64,000 bases of DNA, taken from positions 64,001-128,000 of the forward strand of contig CAVVMW010000007.1 of assembly GCA_963749495.1 (NCBI GenBank). The letters are read 5' to 3'. The translations under genes were made by a program, and so were the position numbers. Each line of letters opens with the position of its first letter. Within the stretch, counting starts at the first letter, position 1. The DNA is from an uncultured bacterium (GTDB lineage: Bacteria > Verrucomicrobiota > Verrucomicrobiia > Limisphaerales > UBA8199). The notes beneath the pieces are model-generated. The model was given only the letters and a program-made list of their open reading frames with translations, was not told where the DNA came from and made no database searches. Of the stretch, positions 11,201-21,199 are shown in pieces.

Positions 11201-11581
11201 GCTCTGCGGCCTCGTTGCCGCTACAAAGCTCCTCTTGGCTTCCGCCTCATGCGCCGCCACAGCTTGAACGCCCACGCCGTCCGCTTGCGGGTTTGCCAAT
11301 GGAGCCGGGAAGTCGGCGCGCGCGCTGGACGCCGACACCTTCGGCGTCGCTCGCGGGCGCGGCCATTTCGCCAGGTTGAAAACACTCACACCGCTGCTCG
11401 GCGCGATCGGCATCAGTAACCGTGCCACCAGCAAAAACCATAAGCCGTGGCGCCAGCCCGCCGACAGCCGGCGGCGCAACAGAAACTGAGCCAGCAGGAT
11501 CATCCCCGCGATGACAGCCGCCTGCCACGTGGTCTGGAAAACCCACCCGATGAATCCTCCCATGCCAATGGTTGCACTCAT
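8258..11581 (-). CDS. BlaR1/MecR1-like M56 metallopeptidase sensor with extracellular shared domain, two Ig-like domains and a C-terminal LolA-like region
   Basis: TM helices, 'SPAVYGL', 'LLHELAHIKRRD' (HExxH), 'HWFNP', 'ELATDELAL'; coupled to blaI by TAA-T-ATG. Confidence 0.9.
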   Translation of the reverse strand: MSATIGMGGFIGWVFQTTWQAAVIAGMILLAQFLLRRRLSAGWRHGLWFLLVARLLMPIAPSSGVSVFNLAKWPRPRATPKVSASSARADFPAPLANPQADGVGVQAVAAHEAEAKRSFVAATRPQSARTTQKGRDESGFLRGPQAEPIPQAGLAQPRPAGQERAAALPSAEPRDWMGLAAAAWLAGVLVLSVRLIWLDQRFRRRLSSYVPVPDERVGQLLRECAESLGVNKRPRVIETEEVESPAVYGLWCKRLLLPDGLRESLSPEELRHVLLHELAHIKRRDAELNWLMGVLQIVHWFNPVLWFAFARMRGDRELATDELALSRRPQGERSSYGETVLKVLDQLTQPRAVLPGLVGIGEGKAQIKERIRAIARGGTGPRGPWAACAVAMLIAGLALTNAREERQAKGINLLEKYPTKLTAGDAVPGRARPWQFTAEDIFQVTRFSLEVGKKFRVETGVSDLGIGHCADGAVWGVLIPREEGKLTSPAEAGQETIAHVWLRFHPAEIGGIFPADTVSGAGSTDLEEQMRGIAGAKFHSSWHAGNNAMIPEPKDMTVDVDTTGGPRRFFMVDKEAQTAEYAAGFAGQGVPAAAQPAEEPEVDTNCARVVAVAPANGAKAVEAATELRIRFDRPMNPYHVKLEWQAGGFQLNGGIQVAADHKEFIIPVRLTPGQQHKLVLNHDQGREMWVRSGRRPELKQQLMSRPRDGFVDAHGVAANEFRWSFSTKPAASKDGAGKPRVVSATPALGATTPVLTLVEVAFDRPMRPPEGMFPYVESKQMMQGPSLLPGFDYDSTAHRFTFPALLRPDDDVRLTVKGFYSEEGVASDPVVLHYQTSTESLDARQVERAKAAAKDAGLQKLLTSMKEARARLNSGVETVQTIDLQVGKNSFTSIGAQTATFKWQGQDQVCADISGPMLMSAAFILGCDGQTCWLYSEDDKGEKRLEQTPAAEAEKQVALLDPFGLADRSVEEALGEAELVRASDAILEGRRCHRLEKWDVRQEHFVFATLTQWWIDEETLLPRQIVQYHPNGCQIVRFDFQDLNQHLADSAFQPPVAAGGGAKPLFFKQEPQPDEQRFLRISDGSNGRMSGRIGWHGPNGTTSSGLN

Positions 11582-11582
11582 A

Positions 11583-11957
11583 TTATCGCTCCTTGTCCCG
11601 CAAAACGCGCCGAAGCTCCTCGATGTCCTCTTTCGTTAACTCCGCCCGCCGCACGAGGTGAAGGATGGCGGCCGAGGGCGCGCGGCCCAACACACGGTCC
11701 CAAAACGATTCGCTTTCCTGGTGTACGCAGGTCTCCATCAATATCAGCGGCCTGTAAAGATACCGCTTGCCCTCCACCTCCTGCGCCAGCGCCCCCTTGT
11801 TCACCAGCCGCCGCAGCAACGTCCGCACCGTCGCCAGCGTCCACTGCTCCCGCTCGTGCAGTGCCTCCACGATCGCGCTCGCCGCCACGGGCGCCCGCTC
11901 CCACACCACCGCCATCACTTCCCACTCCGCTTTGGTAATTCGGACCGGCGCTTTCAT
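11583..11957 (-). CDS. BlaI/MecI/CopY family transcriptional repressor
   Basis: 'ITKAEWEVMAVVW', 'TVRTLLRRLVNKGAL', 'YLYRPLI'. Confidence 0.92.
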   Translation of the reverse strand: MKAPVRITKAEWEVMAVVWERAPVAASAIVEALHEREQWTLATVRTLLRRLVNKGALAQEVEGKRYLYRPLILMETCVHQESESFWDRVLGRAPSAAILHLVRRAELTKEDIEELRRVLRDKER

Positions 11958-11970
11958 TTCACGGGGGTGA

Positions 11971-12020
11971 TGTTACAGTTGTCACACCCCGCTTATGTTA
12001 CAACTGTAACAGCAGGTCAA
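11971..12020 (-). promoter_or_regulatory. Two BlaI-type operator palindromes next to a TTGACC -35 element
   Basis: TGTTACA-AC-TGTAACA (11996-12011, perfect) and TGTTACA-GT-TGTCACA (11971-11986) fit the TACA-NN-TGTA BlaI/CopY box; TTGACC on the minus strand at 12015-12020. Confidence 0.8.
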
Positions 12021-12165
12021 GCCTTTTCCTCCTCAAAACACCAACCCTTTTTTGGCAAAGAGCACACCGATTTTGCTCTGCGCCCCGGTACTCGGGCGTC
12101 TTCATGACGATTAGGAGCCTGTCGGAAGGCGTCCATGGCCTTGAGCAAGCGCTCCAGGTCAGGCT

Positions 12166-12561
12166 TCATCCGGGTGAGAGTTTTGCGAACAGGGGATCGT
12201 CGGCAAAGTGCTTCTTGAGGTGCGCCTGCGCCTGCGCCTCGTTCATCGGGTTGTTCAGGCTGCGCCAGGAGTCTTCGAGTTGACGCACCCGCCAGGTGAT
12301 TTCTTCGGCATCGTGCGGAGCGGGATAGTCAGGATCTGTCGCGAGGCCCAGCAGATGGCTGGCGGAGCGCAGCAGCCACCTTAACTCCTGCTGGAATTCA
12401 GCCAGCTTCGCTTCCGAGGGTTCCTGTTCGATAATTTCGCGCCGTTCCCGCCTCCGGAAATCCTCACAAAGGCCAATCCAAACATCGAGAAGTTTCAGGA
12501 CAACAGATGTTCCCCGGTCCCGAATCTGGCTCGGGGGGTTCGATGCCATCGCACCATTCAC
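12166..12561 (-). CDS. Hypothetical helical protein
   Basis: 131-aa ORF with protein-like composition; no recognised family. Confidence 0.5.
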   Translation of the reverse strand: MNGAMASNPPSQIRDRGTSVVLKLLDVWIGLCEDFRRRERREIIEQEPSEAKLAEFQQELRWLLRSASHLLGLATDPDYPAPHDAEEITWRVRQLEDSWRSLNNPMNEAQAQAHLKKHFADDPLFAKLSPG

Positions 12562-12877
12562 AAGGGCAAGATGCCAAAGCGGACATGGAATTCAAGCCGA
12601 ATCCTCGTCTCCGTCATGTCGTCTTCCTGGGTTCTTCCATGCCGGTGCGCAACGAACCACGCCCCAACGGCGACGCCAACCCCGTCAAAATTCACCAACT
12701 CATTTCTTGCGATCAGCGACGGCGGAACGATCTATTCCTTCACGACCCTGATTTTGCCCCAGAGTTGGGGTGTCAATTCCGCCTCGCTTGGCACGCCGGC
12801 GGTGATGCCGGTCCGTTTGTTGCTCCAAAAAGCATCGACAACCAGATTGGCCAGGCGCACCATCCCGCCGTCACTCC

Positions 12878-14164
12878 ATGAAGCACGGACGATTGAGGGT
12901 CATGTCCAGGCTGCTGCCGGCGCTCCTGGTGGTTCTGTTCAGTGCCGGTCTCAGGCCGTCCGCCCAGTCCGCTGAGCGTCCGCTCTACCAGGCCGAATTG
13001 ATATTCCCGTTGGAGACCTGGCACAACCATGCTTCGTGCATTGTCCAGGCCCCCAATGGCGACCTGCTGGTCTGCTGGTTCCACGGCAGCGGCGAGCGTA
13101 CCGCTGACGACGTGAGAATCGAGGGCGCCCGCCTCCGCCACGGCACGCGCCAGTGGAGCGCGCGCTTTACGATGGCCGACACCCCCGGTTTTCCCGATGG
13201 CAACCCCTGCATGTTCATCGACCCGCGCGGCCGGCTCTGGCTAATCTACACAACGATCCTGGCCAACACCTGGGAAAGCGCCTTGCTCAAGGTGCGGATC
13301 AGCCACGACTATCTGCGGGCGGGTCCTCCGCGCTGGGAATCCAGTGAAGTCCTTCACATCAAGCCGGGGCCGGAATTCGGGGCCGAGGTCGGGCGGCGGC
13401 TTCCAGGACTTGAAACGGAAGCGGGGGCGGGCAAGCTCAGCGACGCAGCGCGCCAGGCGGCAGAGGGCTTCCTCAATGCCCTGCGCCGGCACGCCAATGA
13501 CAAGCTTTACCAGAGGCTGGGGTGGATGACACGCGCCCATCCATTCGTGCTGGAGGGCCGCCGGCTCATCGTGCCGCTCTACCACGACGGGTTCTCGTTT
13601 TCGCTCATGGCCATCACCGATGACTGGGGCCAGACCTGGCACACGAGCGCCCCGCTGGTCGGCGCAGGCAACATCCAGCCCAGCATCGTTCGCCGCCACG
13701 ACGGCTCACTCTACACCTTGATGCGGGACAACGGCCCGCCGCCCAAGCGCCTGCACCAGAGTGAGTCCCGCGATCGCGGCGAGACCTGGTCGCCGGTCAC
13801 CGACAGCGACTTGCCCAACCCCGGGTCGGGCGCCGAGATCATTGCCATGCGCAACGGGCACTGGGTCCTGATTTCCAACGATACCGAAAGAGGCCGCCAC
13901 CAACTGGCTGTGCAAGTCTCCGACGATGAGGGCCGCACCTGGAAATGGAAGCGTTACCTCGAGCGGGACGCGCCCGGACCCGAAGCGGGCAGCTATCACT
14001 ATCCCAGCATCATCCAGGCAAAAGACGGCACCCTGCACGCCAGTTACAGTTACCACCTGAACCGCCGGACTCTGCCGAAGGATGTTGATGGCGACCCGGC
14101 CGCAAAGTCCATCAAGCACGCGCACCTCAACCAAGCTTGGATCACGGAGTCCGGGAACCCATGA
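12878..14164 (+). CDS. Secreted BNR/Asp-box sialidase-like protein
   Basis: 'HNHASCIV..NGDLLVCWF.GSGE', Asp-boxes 'TDDWGQTW', 'SRDRGETW', 'SDDEGRTW', 'YHYPSIIQ'. Confidence 0.85.
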   Translation: MKHGRLRVMSRLLPALLVVLFSAGLRPSAQSAERPLYQAELIFPLETWHNHASCIVQAPNGDLLVCWFHGSGERTADDVRIEGARLRHGTRQWSARFTMADTPGFPDGNPCMFIDPRGRLWLIYTTILANTWESALLKVRISHDYLRAGPPRWESSEVLHIKPGPEFGAEVGRRLPGLETEAGAGKLSDAARQAAEGFLNALRRHANDKLYQRLGWMTRAHPFVLEGRRLIVPLYHDGFSFSLMAITDDWGQTWHTSAPLVGAGNIQPSIVRRHDGSLYTLMRDNGPPPKRLHQSESRDRGETWSPVTDSDLPNPGSGAEIIAMRNGHWVLISNDTERGRHQLAVQVSDDEGRTWKWKRYLERDAPGPEAGSYHYPSIIQAKDGTLHASYSYHLNRRTLPKDVDGDPAAKSIKHAHLNQAWITESGNP

Positions 14165-14184
14165 AACCCGCGTTCTTTCTACTA

Positions 14185-14410
14185 CAGTGTGATGGTTCCG
14201 GCCCTCCGGACCAACGGCACGCAGGGAACCACCTGGCCGGCTGACTCGACATCGGGAACGCCAATCCCCATCAACCGGTTCCACGTGGCGCATCCGGAAG
14301 CGGACTCTGCGGCCAGCATCAATGCCGCGCTGGACCGCGGCAAAAACCTGCTGTTGACTCCCGGCATCTATACTCTGGAGAGCGCCATCCCGATCACGAG
14401 GCCGAGCACG
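14185..14410 (+). pseudogene. Internal fragment of a GH55-like beta-1,3-glucanase
   Basis: 'GTPIPINRFHVAHP..AASINAALDRGKNLLLTPGIYTLESAI' resembles actinobacterial-type GH55. Confidence 0.45.
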
Positions 14411-15140
14411 CCCTCAAAGACAAACGAGCCGTCGCCGCCCAGGTCCACATTCGGCAGCGTGTCCCAGGCCTCCCTTGCGGTCGAGCATGGCGCGCAGCCC
14501 CGCCGGCAGCGGTTTGCCATCGGACAACACGACCCTGCCCGCAACCCGGAAGGCGGGCTTGATGGCCAGGTCTCCGTCCGTTCGCATCCGTCGTCGCCAC
14601 AGGTTCGATGCCCTCGACGGCGCCATAAGCAACCCCGCCGCCTTCAGTGTGGAGGGCGTCGAAATCAACCTCTGCGTGAGGAACGGGCTGCCCCTGGGGA
14701 TCAAGGACACGGCCCAGCAGCTTGTTTCTGGGGCCGAGTTTGGCCAGAGGCTGCCTTTCGAGCCGGGCGCTCACCGGCCCCTTGGCCGGGTCCACCTTGG
14801 ACACGAACTGCGGCCGATAGCCGGGCGCGGCCACCAGGAGACGAAACAGGAGAGTGGGGTCGAACGACTCGATCTTGAAGTTTCCTTGAGCGTCCTCCGT
14901 GGCGCTCTTGCGGCAATCCGCATAGCACCCCGGTCAGAGCGTCCCCCGGCCCACCTTGGGGCCGGCGCTATAGACGAAGATAGTTGCCTCGGGCACCGGC
15001 GAACCGTCCTGTGTGAGGACGCGGCCGGTCAGGTTGGGCCGAGGGGCATTCGTGGAGCCCGCCAGGGCTTCGCCGGCGGCCATGGCGGAGAGCGCGAAAG
15101 AAGCAAACCAGGTTTTCACAGCACATCCGGGTAATTCAAT
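14394..15140 (-). pseudogene. Fragmented carboxypeptidase-regulatory-like (CarboxypepD_reg) repeat protein
   Basis: 'LTGRVLTQDGSPVPEATIFV', 'LGRVLDPQGQPVPHAEV..ATTDANG', 'VAGRVVLSDGKPLP' in three frames. Confidence 0.55.
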
Positions 15141-15207
15141 CGCCGCCACGCTTTTACCACGGTTCGGCGGTGTCGGCAAGGACAGAAAGAATTGCAAGCT
15201 TCTGATG

Positions 15208-15696
15208 TCAGCCAGGCGGACATGCGTGAGACAACATTTTGAAGGTCTCCAACCATTGTCGCCGATCTTCTGGGGAGGCGTCCTTTTTTTGAATCGCAGC
15301 AAAGGCCACTTGCGCGTCATCTGGAAACTTTTGCATCGCTTCCTGAAGCAACGTCGGGTCGCCGGTGGCGCGAAAGGCGGCGAGGAGACTGGCGGCACTG
15401 CGCCGGTTTTCTTTGAGGTAAGACTCAAGTTGTTCGGGCTTCAACTGCAGCGTCTTATCTGAGTGGACAAGCTGGAGGATTTGTTTGGTGGACTGCGGAT
15501 TATGCGGGGGTGGTTCAGCAGGTGTGATGGCCATCTGCATTTGCGGTGCGGGCAGGCGTGGGGTGGGTCTGGTTGAAAGAGTGGCGAATCGTTTCACCGC
15601 GTCGTTGCGCTCGCTGGTCAGTTGTTGCCGCTCGGCAATCAGTTTCTGGTTTTCGCCACGCAATCGGGCGGCTTGCTGGGCTTCATAAATAGCCAA
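15208..15696 (-). pseudogene. Fragment resembling the C-terminal extension of verrucomicrobial extended ECF sigma factors
   Basis: Coiled-coil 'IYEAQQAARLRGENQKL...PRLPAP' then helical region; no start context. Confidence 0.3.
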
Positions 15697-15920
15697 CTGG
15701 AAAGAGCTTTCTCATGGCGCAACTGTACTGCCTTTTTTGCCAGAAGGACGAAGACGGCTTCGTCTCGCCCGTCGCCGTTGAGATCGGCGCTGGCGGAGCC
15801 GATCACACTTCCGGGAGCAGGCATGGGCAGACGTTCAACGCTTCCCTGTGGCGCCTCCCGCGGCCCCATGCCTCACAGTTTTCGGTTGCGGCACGACGGG
15901 AGGAGTGAAAAGCTGCGCCG

Positions 15921-17816
15921 GTGAAGCCTGCGCATCTCACGGTTCTGTTGACGCTTTTTATTGGCGGCGCGCTTTCCGCTCCTGCCGCTGAACAACTGCT
16001 GCTGGAAGCGGAGAGCTTCAACGATTGCGGGGGCTGGGTGGTGGACCAGCAATTTATGGACCAGATGGGCTCGCCTTTCCTGCTCGCGCATGGCTTGGGG
16101 GAGCCGGTCCACGATGCCAGCACCGTGGCGAGGTTTCCCTCCGCCGGCCGCTACCGGGTGTGGGTGCGTACGCGAGATTGGGTTGCGCCCTGGAAAGCTC
16201 CCGGGGCTCCCGGCCGATTTCAGTTGCTCATCGATGGCAAACCCTTGGCCGCGGTATTCGGCACCGAGGGCGCGGAGTGGCATTGGCAGGACGGAGGCGT
16301 CGTCGCGATCGGCTCCCAGGCCGCAGTGGCCCTCCACGATTTGACGGGCTTCGAGGGCCGCTGCGATGCCGTGCTCTTTTCGAAAGACTTGGACTTTCGC
16401 CCGCCAAACGAGCCGAGCGCCTTGGCCGCCTTCCGCCGGCAGTTGCTGGGCCTGCCAGCCAAACCAGAGTCCGCCGGCCAGTTCGACTTAGTCGTGGTCG
16501 GCGGAGGCATCGCGGGCGTCTGCGCGGCAGTCTCGGCGGCGCGCCTGGGCTTGACCGTGGCCGTGGTCCAGGACCGGCCGGTGCTGGGCGGCAACTCGAG
16601 CTCCGAGGTGCGCGTGTGGCCCGAGGGGCTCACCCGCCAGCAATCCTATCCGCGCATAGGCGATGTCGTTGCCGAATTGGTCTCGGAAAAGAACGCCACA
16701 TCCGGCAATGCCAGGCCGGAGGCGGTGTATGACGATGCGCGCAAACTGGCGGTCGTGAGCGCAGAACCCAGGCTCACGCTGTTCCTTGAGCAACACGTCA
16801 ACGGGGTCGAATGCCGGAGCGGCGTCATCAATGCTGTAATCGCCCAGCACATCCGCAACGGCCGCCGCCTCCGGTTCGCGGCAAAGTGGTTCGCCGATTG
16901 CACGGGCGATGGTGAGGTGGGATTCATGGCCGGCGCCGACCATGAGATGACCCGCGAGCAACACATGGGCGCCAGCAATCTGTGGCGCGTCGAGGACACG
17001 GGCGTCGCCGAGCCCTTCCCCAAATGTCTTTGCCAGGACACCAACGCCCTGAACACCGACTTCGCCGCCGGGAAAGCACCCGCTCCATTCCCGCGATGCC
17101 CTTGGGCGGTGGACCTCACCAACAAACCGTTCCCGGGCAGGCCGGGCGCCAATGGCGGCCCTGCCGGGGAACCTCTCAAGGGCCTGGGCGAATGGTTCTG
17201 GGAGAGTGGATTTGATCGCGACCCGATAGCCGATGCGGAATGGACGCGCGACCTAAACCTGCGCGCCATGTATGGCGCCTGGGACACTCTCAAGAACGTG
17301 GACCACCTCTATCCGAACCACAAACTCGCCTGGGCGGCGTTCATCGCCGGCAAACGCGAATCGCGGCGCTTGCTGGGAGACGTGGTGCTGACGGCCGACG
17401 ATTTCCGCGCCAACCGCCCGTTTGCGGACGCCTGCTTCCCCTGCTCCTGGGGCATTGACCTGCACACGCCCGACCCGGCGTATCGGAAAGGGAACGAAGG
17501 CTCGGAGTTCATTGCGCAGTTCACCCATGGAGGAAAGTATTCGTATCAGGGTCCGTATTGGGCTCCCTATCGGTGCCTCTACAGCCGGAACATCGGCAAC
17601 CTGTTCATGGCCGGCCGCGACATCAGTGTCACCCACGAGGCGCTGGGCGCGGTCCGAGTCATGCGCACGTGCGGCATGATGGGCGAGGTCGTGGGCATGG
17701 CCGCCTCGATTTGCAAACAGAATGACTGCAGTCCGCGCGCGGTGTATGAACAGCATCTGGCCGCGCTCCAAGCCCTGCTGCGGCGCGGGGCGGCGAAACC
17801 CTCGGCGCAGGAATAA
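15921..17816 (+). CDS. Secreted FAD-dependent oxidoreductase (FAD_oxidored family)
   Basis: 'DLVVVGGGIAGVCAAVSAARLG', 'LGGNSSSE', 'DCTGDG', 'GKRESRRLLGD', 'NLFMAGRDISVTH', 'RVMRTCGMMGE'. Confidence 0.9.
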   Translation: MKPAHLTVLLTLFIGGALSAPAAEQLLLEAESFNDCGGWVVDQQFMDQMGSPFLLAHGLGEPVHDASTVARFPSAGRYRVWVRTRDWVAPWKAPGAPGRFQLLIDGKPLAAVFGTEGAEWHWQDGGVVAIGSQAAVALHDLTGFEGRCDAVLFSKDLDFRPPNEPSALAAFRRQLLGLPAKPESAGQFDLVVVGGGIAGVCAAVSAARLGLTVAVVQDRPVLGGNSSSEVRVWPEGLTRQQSYPRIGDVVAELVSEKNATSGNARPEAVYDDARKLAVVSAEPRLTLFLEQHVNGVECRSGVINAVIAQHIRNGRRLRFAAKWFADCTGDGEVGFMAGADHEMTREQHMGASNLWRVEDTGVAEPFPKCLCQDTNALNTDFAAGKAPAPFPRCPWAVDLTNKPFPGRPGANGGPAGEPLKGLGEWFWESGFDRDPIADAEWTRDLNLRAMYGAWDTLKNVDHLYPNHKLAWAAFIAGKRESRRLLGDVVLTADDFRANRPFADACFPCSWGIDLHTPDPAYRKGNEGSEFIAQFTHGGKYSYQGPYWAPYRCLYSRNIGNLFMAGRDISVTHEALGAVRVMRTCGMMGEVVGMAASICKQNDCSPRAVYEQHLAALQALLRRGAAKPSAQE

Positions 17817-17910
17817 GTCGGCGGCAATAAATAAATGGGTTCATTTCTCAACTCGGCCTTATCCGGGCGGCTTGTCGGAATTGATCGAGCGAGGAAGAAC
17901 ATGGTTCGCG

Positions 17911-20089
17911 TTAGCGGTTTTTGGGCGCGAACGCTCTGGCGGCCATTGTGAAGTGGGCGAGTTGTGATCGTCGCTGCTGCTTCTGGATTTCTTCCAAGGC
18001 CGCGAGCTGCTCCGGGCTCAGAAGCGGCTGCAACTGGGTGAGAAACTGCCGGTCGAACTGCTCCTCCTCCCGGGCGAAGGTGTCGAGGCTTTCATCGTTG
18101 CACTGCGCGTCGTAATCGATGGTCTCAAAGTTTCGCCGGCTCAACTCAGTCGTCCAGGGAAATAGAGCGCGCGCCTCGGCCAGGGCCTGGAGCAGGCGCC
18201 CCTGTTGCTCCGGGCTCAATGCCGTGGAGGTCCGGGCTAATCGCCGGTTGAACCGGTCGATCAACATCCGGTCCTGGACGGTTTTTTCGAATTGTCGGAA
18301 GGCCGCATACTGTTCTTGGCCCAGGCAGTCCTTAATCCGGGCGGTGAAACCGGCGGTTTCTCGGTCGGTTTGCCGCGTCAGGTCCGCGCGTCTGGCCGCG
18401 TCGAGCTTCGGGTTCAGCAGCAACCTGCTCCCGTTGAGCCAGGCCGTTATTCGTTTCCGAACCAGGTCCGTGAGTCGCGCCTGTTGGTCCGGACGGAGAT
18501 GGAGTCGTTGGAAGAGCGGCGCGTAGGTCCTCACGGCGGCAGCCTCCGGTCCCTGGGGTGTTAGTCGGAGGGCTTGCAGCCACGGGCTGTCCAGTATCCG
18601 GGCGAGCCATCTTGAGCGCGGCACAAGTTTGCGCAGCACACCGAGAAACAGCGCCACAAGAACGGCACAGGCCAGGGCGGCGATCACAGGACCCAGCCCG
18701 GACGGCAGCCACTCAGACCAGGGAATTTCCGATCCGGGAGTGGCGGAGGGAAGGAAGAGCTTCAGAAGGCAGATAACAGCGCCAATGATCAGCAGGAGCC
18801 AAACTGCTCCGATGAGCGGGTTGCCCATCAGAGCGTGTATCCTGGAAAGGCGTGGTGGGAACTGAAGACCGCGTTGCCGATGCACCATCCGAACAAACCA
18901 AACGATGAGCAGTGCGTACACGGCCATGACCGCAGCGCACCGCAGCCAATGCTGCTTCCAAGGTAGCACGATGCCCGCACTCGCAACCAGCAGTAGCATT
19001 GGGATCGTAACCTTGATTGTCCTGCGAATCCCATAGCGCCCCGGCATTTGGTCCATGTCCGCTCCTTCGTCCGCGCGAATCTCCAACCTTCTCCGGGTCA
19101 GGTAAGCCATTGCCAACATCTGACAGACGACCAAGGCGAAAAGCAGCACGCCGGCAGCGGTGGCAAAGGCCCAAGGGTGATGAGGAAAAAACGAGACACT
19201 AAGGGCAACGGTTCCCAGGAACACAATGACGAAGAAGCCGACCTGATATTCGGAGCATGCGCACCACGAACTTCCGTTCGCCCGGCGATTGTGAGTCATC
19301 CACCATCGTCTTCCAGGAGAAAAGAACAGCACCCAGCATGGACATCAAACCGGCCAACGCAGTCAACGAAAGGATGCTTTTCGCCCCCGCCCCACCCTTG
19401 GCCACGGCGACCCCGACTGAGGCGGCTTTGGCCGAAGTGACGGCGATGGGCAGCGCGGCAACCACGGCCACGGTAAAGCTCTGGCCCGGCGAGGTCTTTT
19501 CCAGCGCGGATTCCACAAACCCCAGTACTTCTTCCTGCAAGAGTTTTCGCCCGCGCGACAGGCGCTGCCTGACCGCCTCCTCGGTCAGTTCCAGGTGTTG
19601 CGCCACGGTCCCGATGGATTGGTGTTCCCGATAAAACAGCACCAGGGGCAGACGGTATGTTTCCGGAATCCGTTCGAGCGAGCGCCACAGGATTTCCGCT
19701 TCCTCGTGGCTGATGGCGCGTTCCACGGGCAGCGGTTCAGCCGAACGTGGTTCCGGGATTCCGTCCAGCGTTTCGGCACGATTGCTTGGCTCCTGCCCTT
19801 GCGCACGCAGGGACTGGTTGATGAGATTTCGGGCGATGCCGCAAAGCCACGCGCGGAGCTTCGCGGGTTCGCGCAACTCGGCCAGGTGTTTCCACGCGGC
19901 GAGGAAGGTTTCCTGCGCCAGATCTTCGCTTTGGCTCAGGCTGCCCGTGGCGCTGTAGGCCAGCGAGCACACGAGCGACTGGTAGCGCGAAACGATGTGT
20001 CCGAACGCCTCACGGTTGCCCGCGAGACAGGCCTGGACCAAGTCCGCATCCCCGCTCGCCGCCGGCTGTGTCATGTGGGTTGTCATCAT
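17911..20089 (-). pseudogene. ECF sigma-70 factor with long multi-TM C-terminal extension; one frameshift near 19250
   Basis: sigma2 'SEDLAQETFLAAW..WLCGIARN', sigma4 'LVLFYRE..VAQHLELTEEAVRQRLSRGRKLL'; TM helices continue in ORF 17911-19332. Confidence 0.75.
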
Positions 20090-20212
20090 ATCGCAGTTCC
20101 AGTGGTTGAAAAGCGTCAAAGTGTGACAAAGTGTTTCTTGAACGTGGTGTCGGGCGGGATCTCCCGTTTGTTCAACCGTTCGACATAGGCGCGTTTCAGC
20201 GCGGCCACGCAC

Positions 20213-20794
20213 TTGGCATTGAACCGGAGCGACGCCGCAAAGGCGTCCTTGGCGTTGGCGATGGCGCTGGCCGAGCTGTATGAGAGGCGGCTCGTCTCCC
20301 GTCCCGTCCTCCAGGTCTTCCGGGAACTGGGCGAAAAGGCGGACCCTCCCCTGCCGAGCGTTAACGAGTCCCGCGAGGGCCTGCTGATTCCCAGCGTGGA
20401 AGCCGAGGGATTCCGCCTCGAGTCCGCCTTCGTTGGGCCCACACCCGTCGAGCCCACCTTCCGCCCCATGAAGCCCATCTTGGCCTTCACGCTGATAGGG
20501 TGGAGGCACAACTCCAGGACGGAGGCCATCCCTGCGGCTGGGCCTCTGTTCCATCTCTCCGTATCAACGGGTATGCTGGATCAAGGGAACTGGTGCCTGC
20601 CAGGCATCCCCTGCATCACCCGACTCCTGACGAAGGAACTACAACGGCTCGTGCCCGGAGGCACGCCGCTGGACCTCTTCACCACCGCCGCCAAGCACGC
20701 CGTTTCAACCTGTAGGGGCAAAAGGAGGGCTGTTGATGCTGAAGACGAGATGAACAACAACAATGTTGGCCCGAGATTGGGACATGAGGGATGA
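20213..20794 (+). CDS. Hypothetical protein or fragment
   Basis: GC3-biased codons in the + frame; no family recognised. Confidence 0.3.
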   Translation: MALNRSDAAKASLALAMALAELYERRLVSRPVLQVFRELGEKADPPLPSVNESREGLLIPSVEAEGFRLESAFVGPTPVEPTFRPMKPILAFTLIGWRHNSRTEAIPAAGPLFHLSVSTGMLDQGNWCLPGIPCITRLLTKELQRLVPGGTPLDLFTTAAKHAVSTCRGKRRAVDAEDEMNNNNVGPRLGHEG

Positions 20795-20827
20795 CGCCCT
20801 CCCCAGGAACCGGCGCCAAGTCCGAAG

Positions 20828-20912
20828 GTTTTGGACTGCGGCAGTCCTCTGCCGCTTTCGCGCCGGCAGCGAGGGGACACAAAAGCGGCAGAGGACTGCC
20901 GCAGTCCAAAAC
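20828..20912. repeat. REP-like hairpin, family A (31-bp perfect inverted arms)
   Basis: GTTTTGGACTGCGGCAGTCCTCTGCCGCTTT ... AAAGCGGCAGAGGACTGCCGCAGTCCAAAAC; related copies at 37303 and 46659. Confidence 0.9.
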
Positions 20913-21199
20913 GCTTCGCGGGACGGGAACGCAGTGTCGAGGTTCAGGGGCGCAAAGCGCGAATTCGTTCGGGGAATTCTTACAGGGCTGGGGACGTTCG
21001 CGGCTGTGGTTGACCTGGGCCTTCGCTCGCCGGACTCGCTCCAACCCAGGCTATCACATCGCGGGCCTTCGGCCCTGATGCACCGCCGCGCTCCCCCGGA
21101 GGGCGAGCCCGGCCAAACCCGCTCCATGCCTGGCATTTCGGAGAGGAGCGCAGGACAGAATTCTTCGGGCGCACGATTGAGCCGGCGGCGCGTGCTCTC

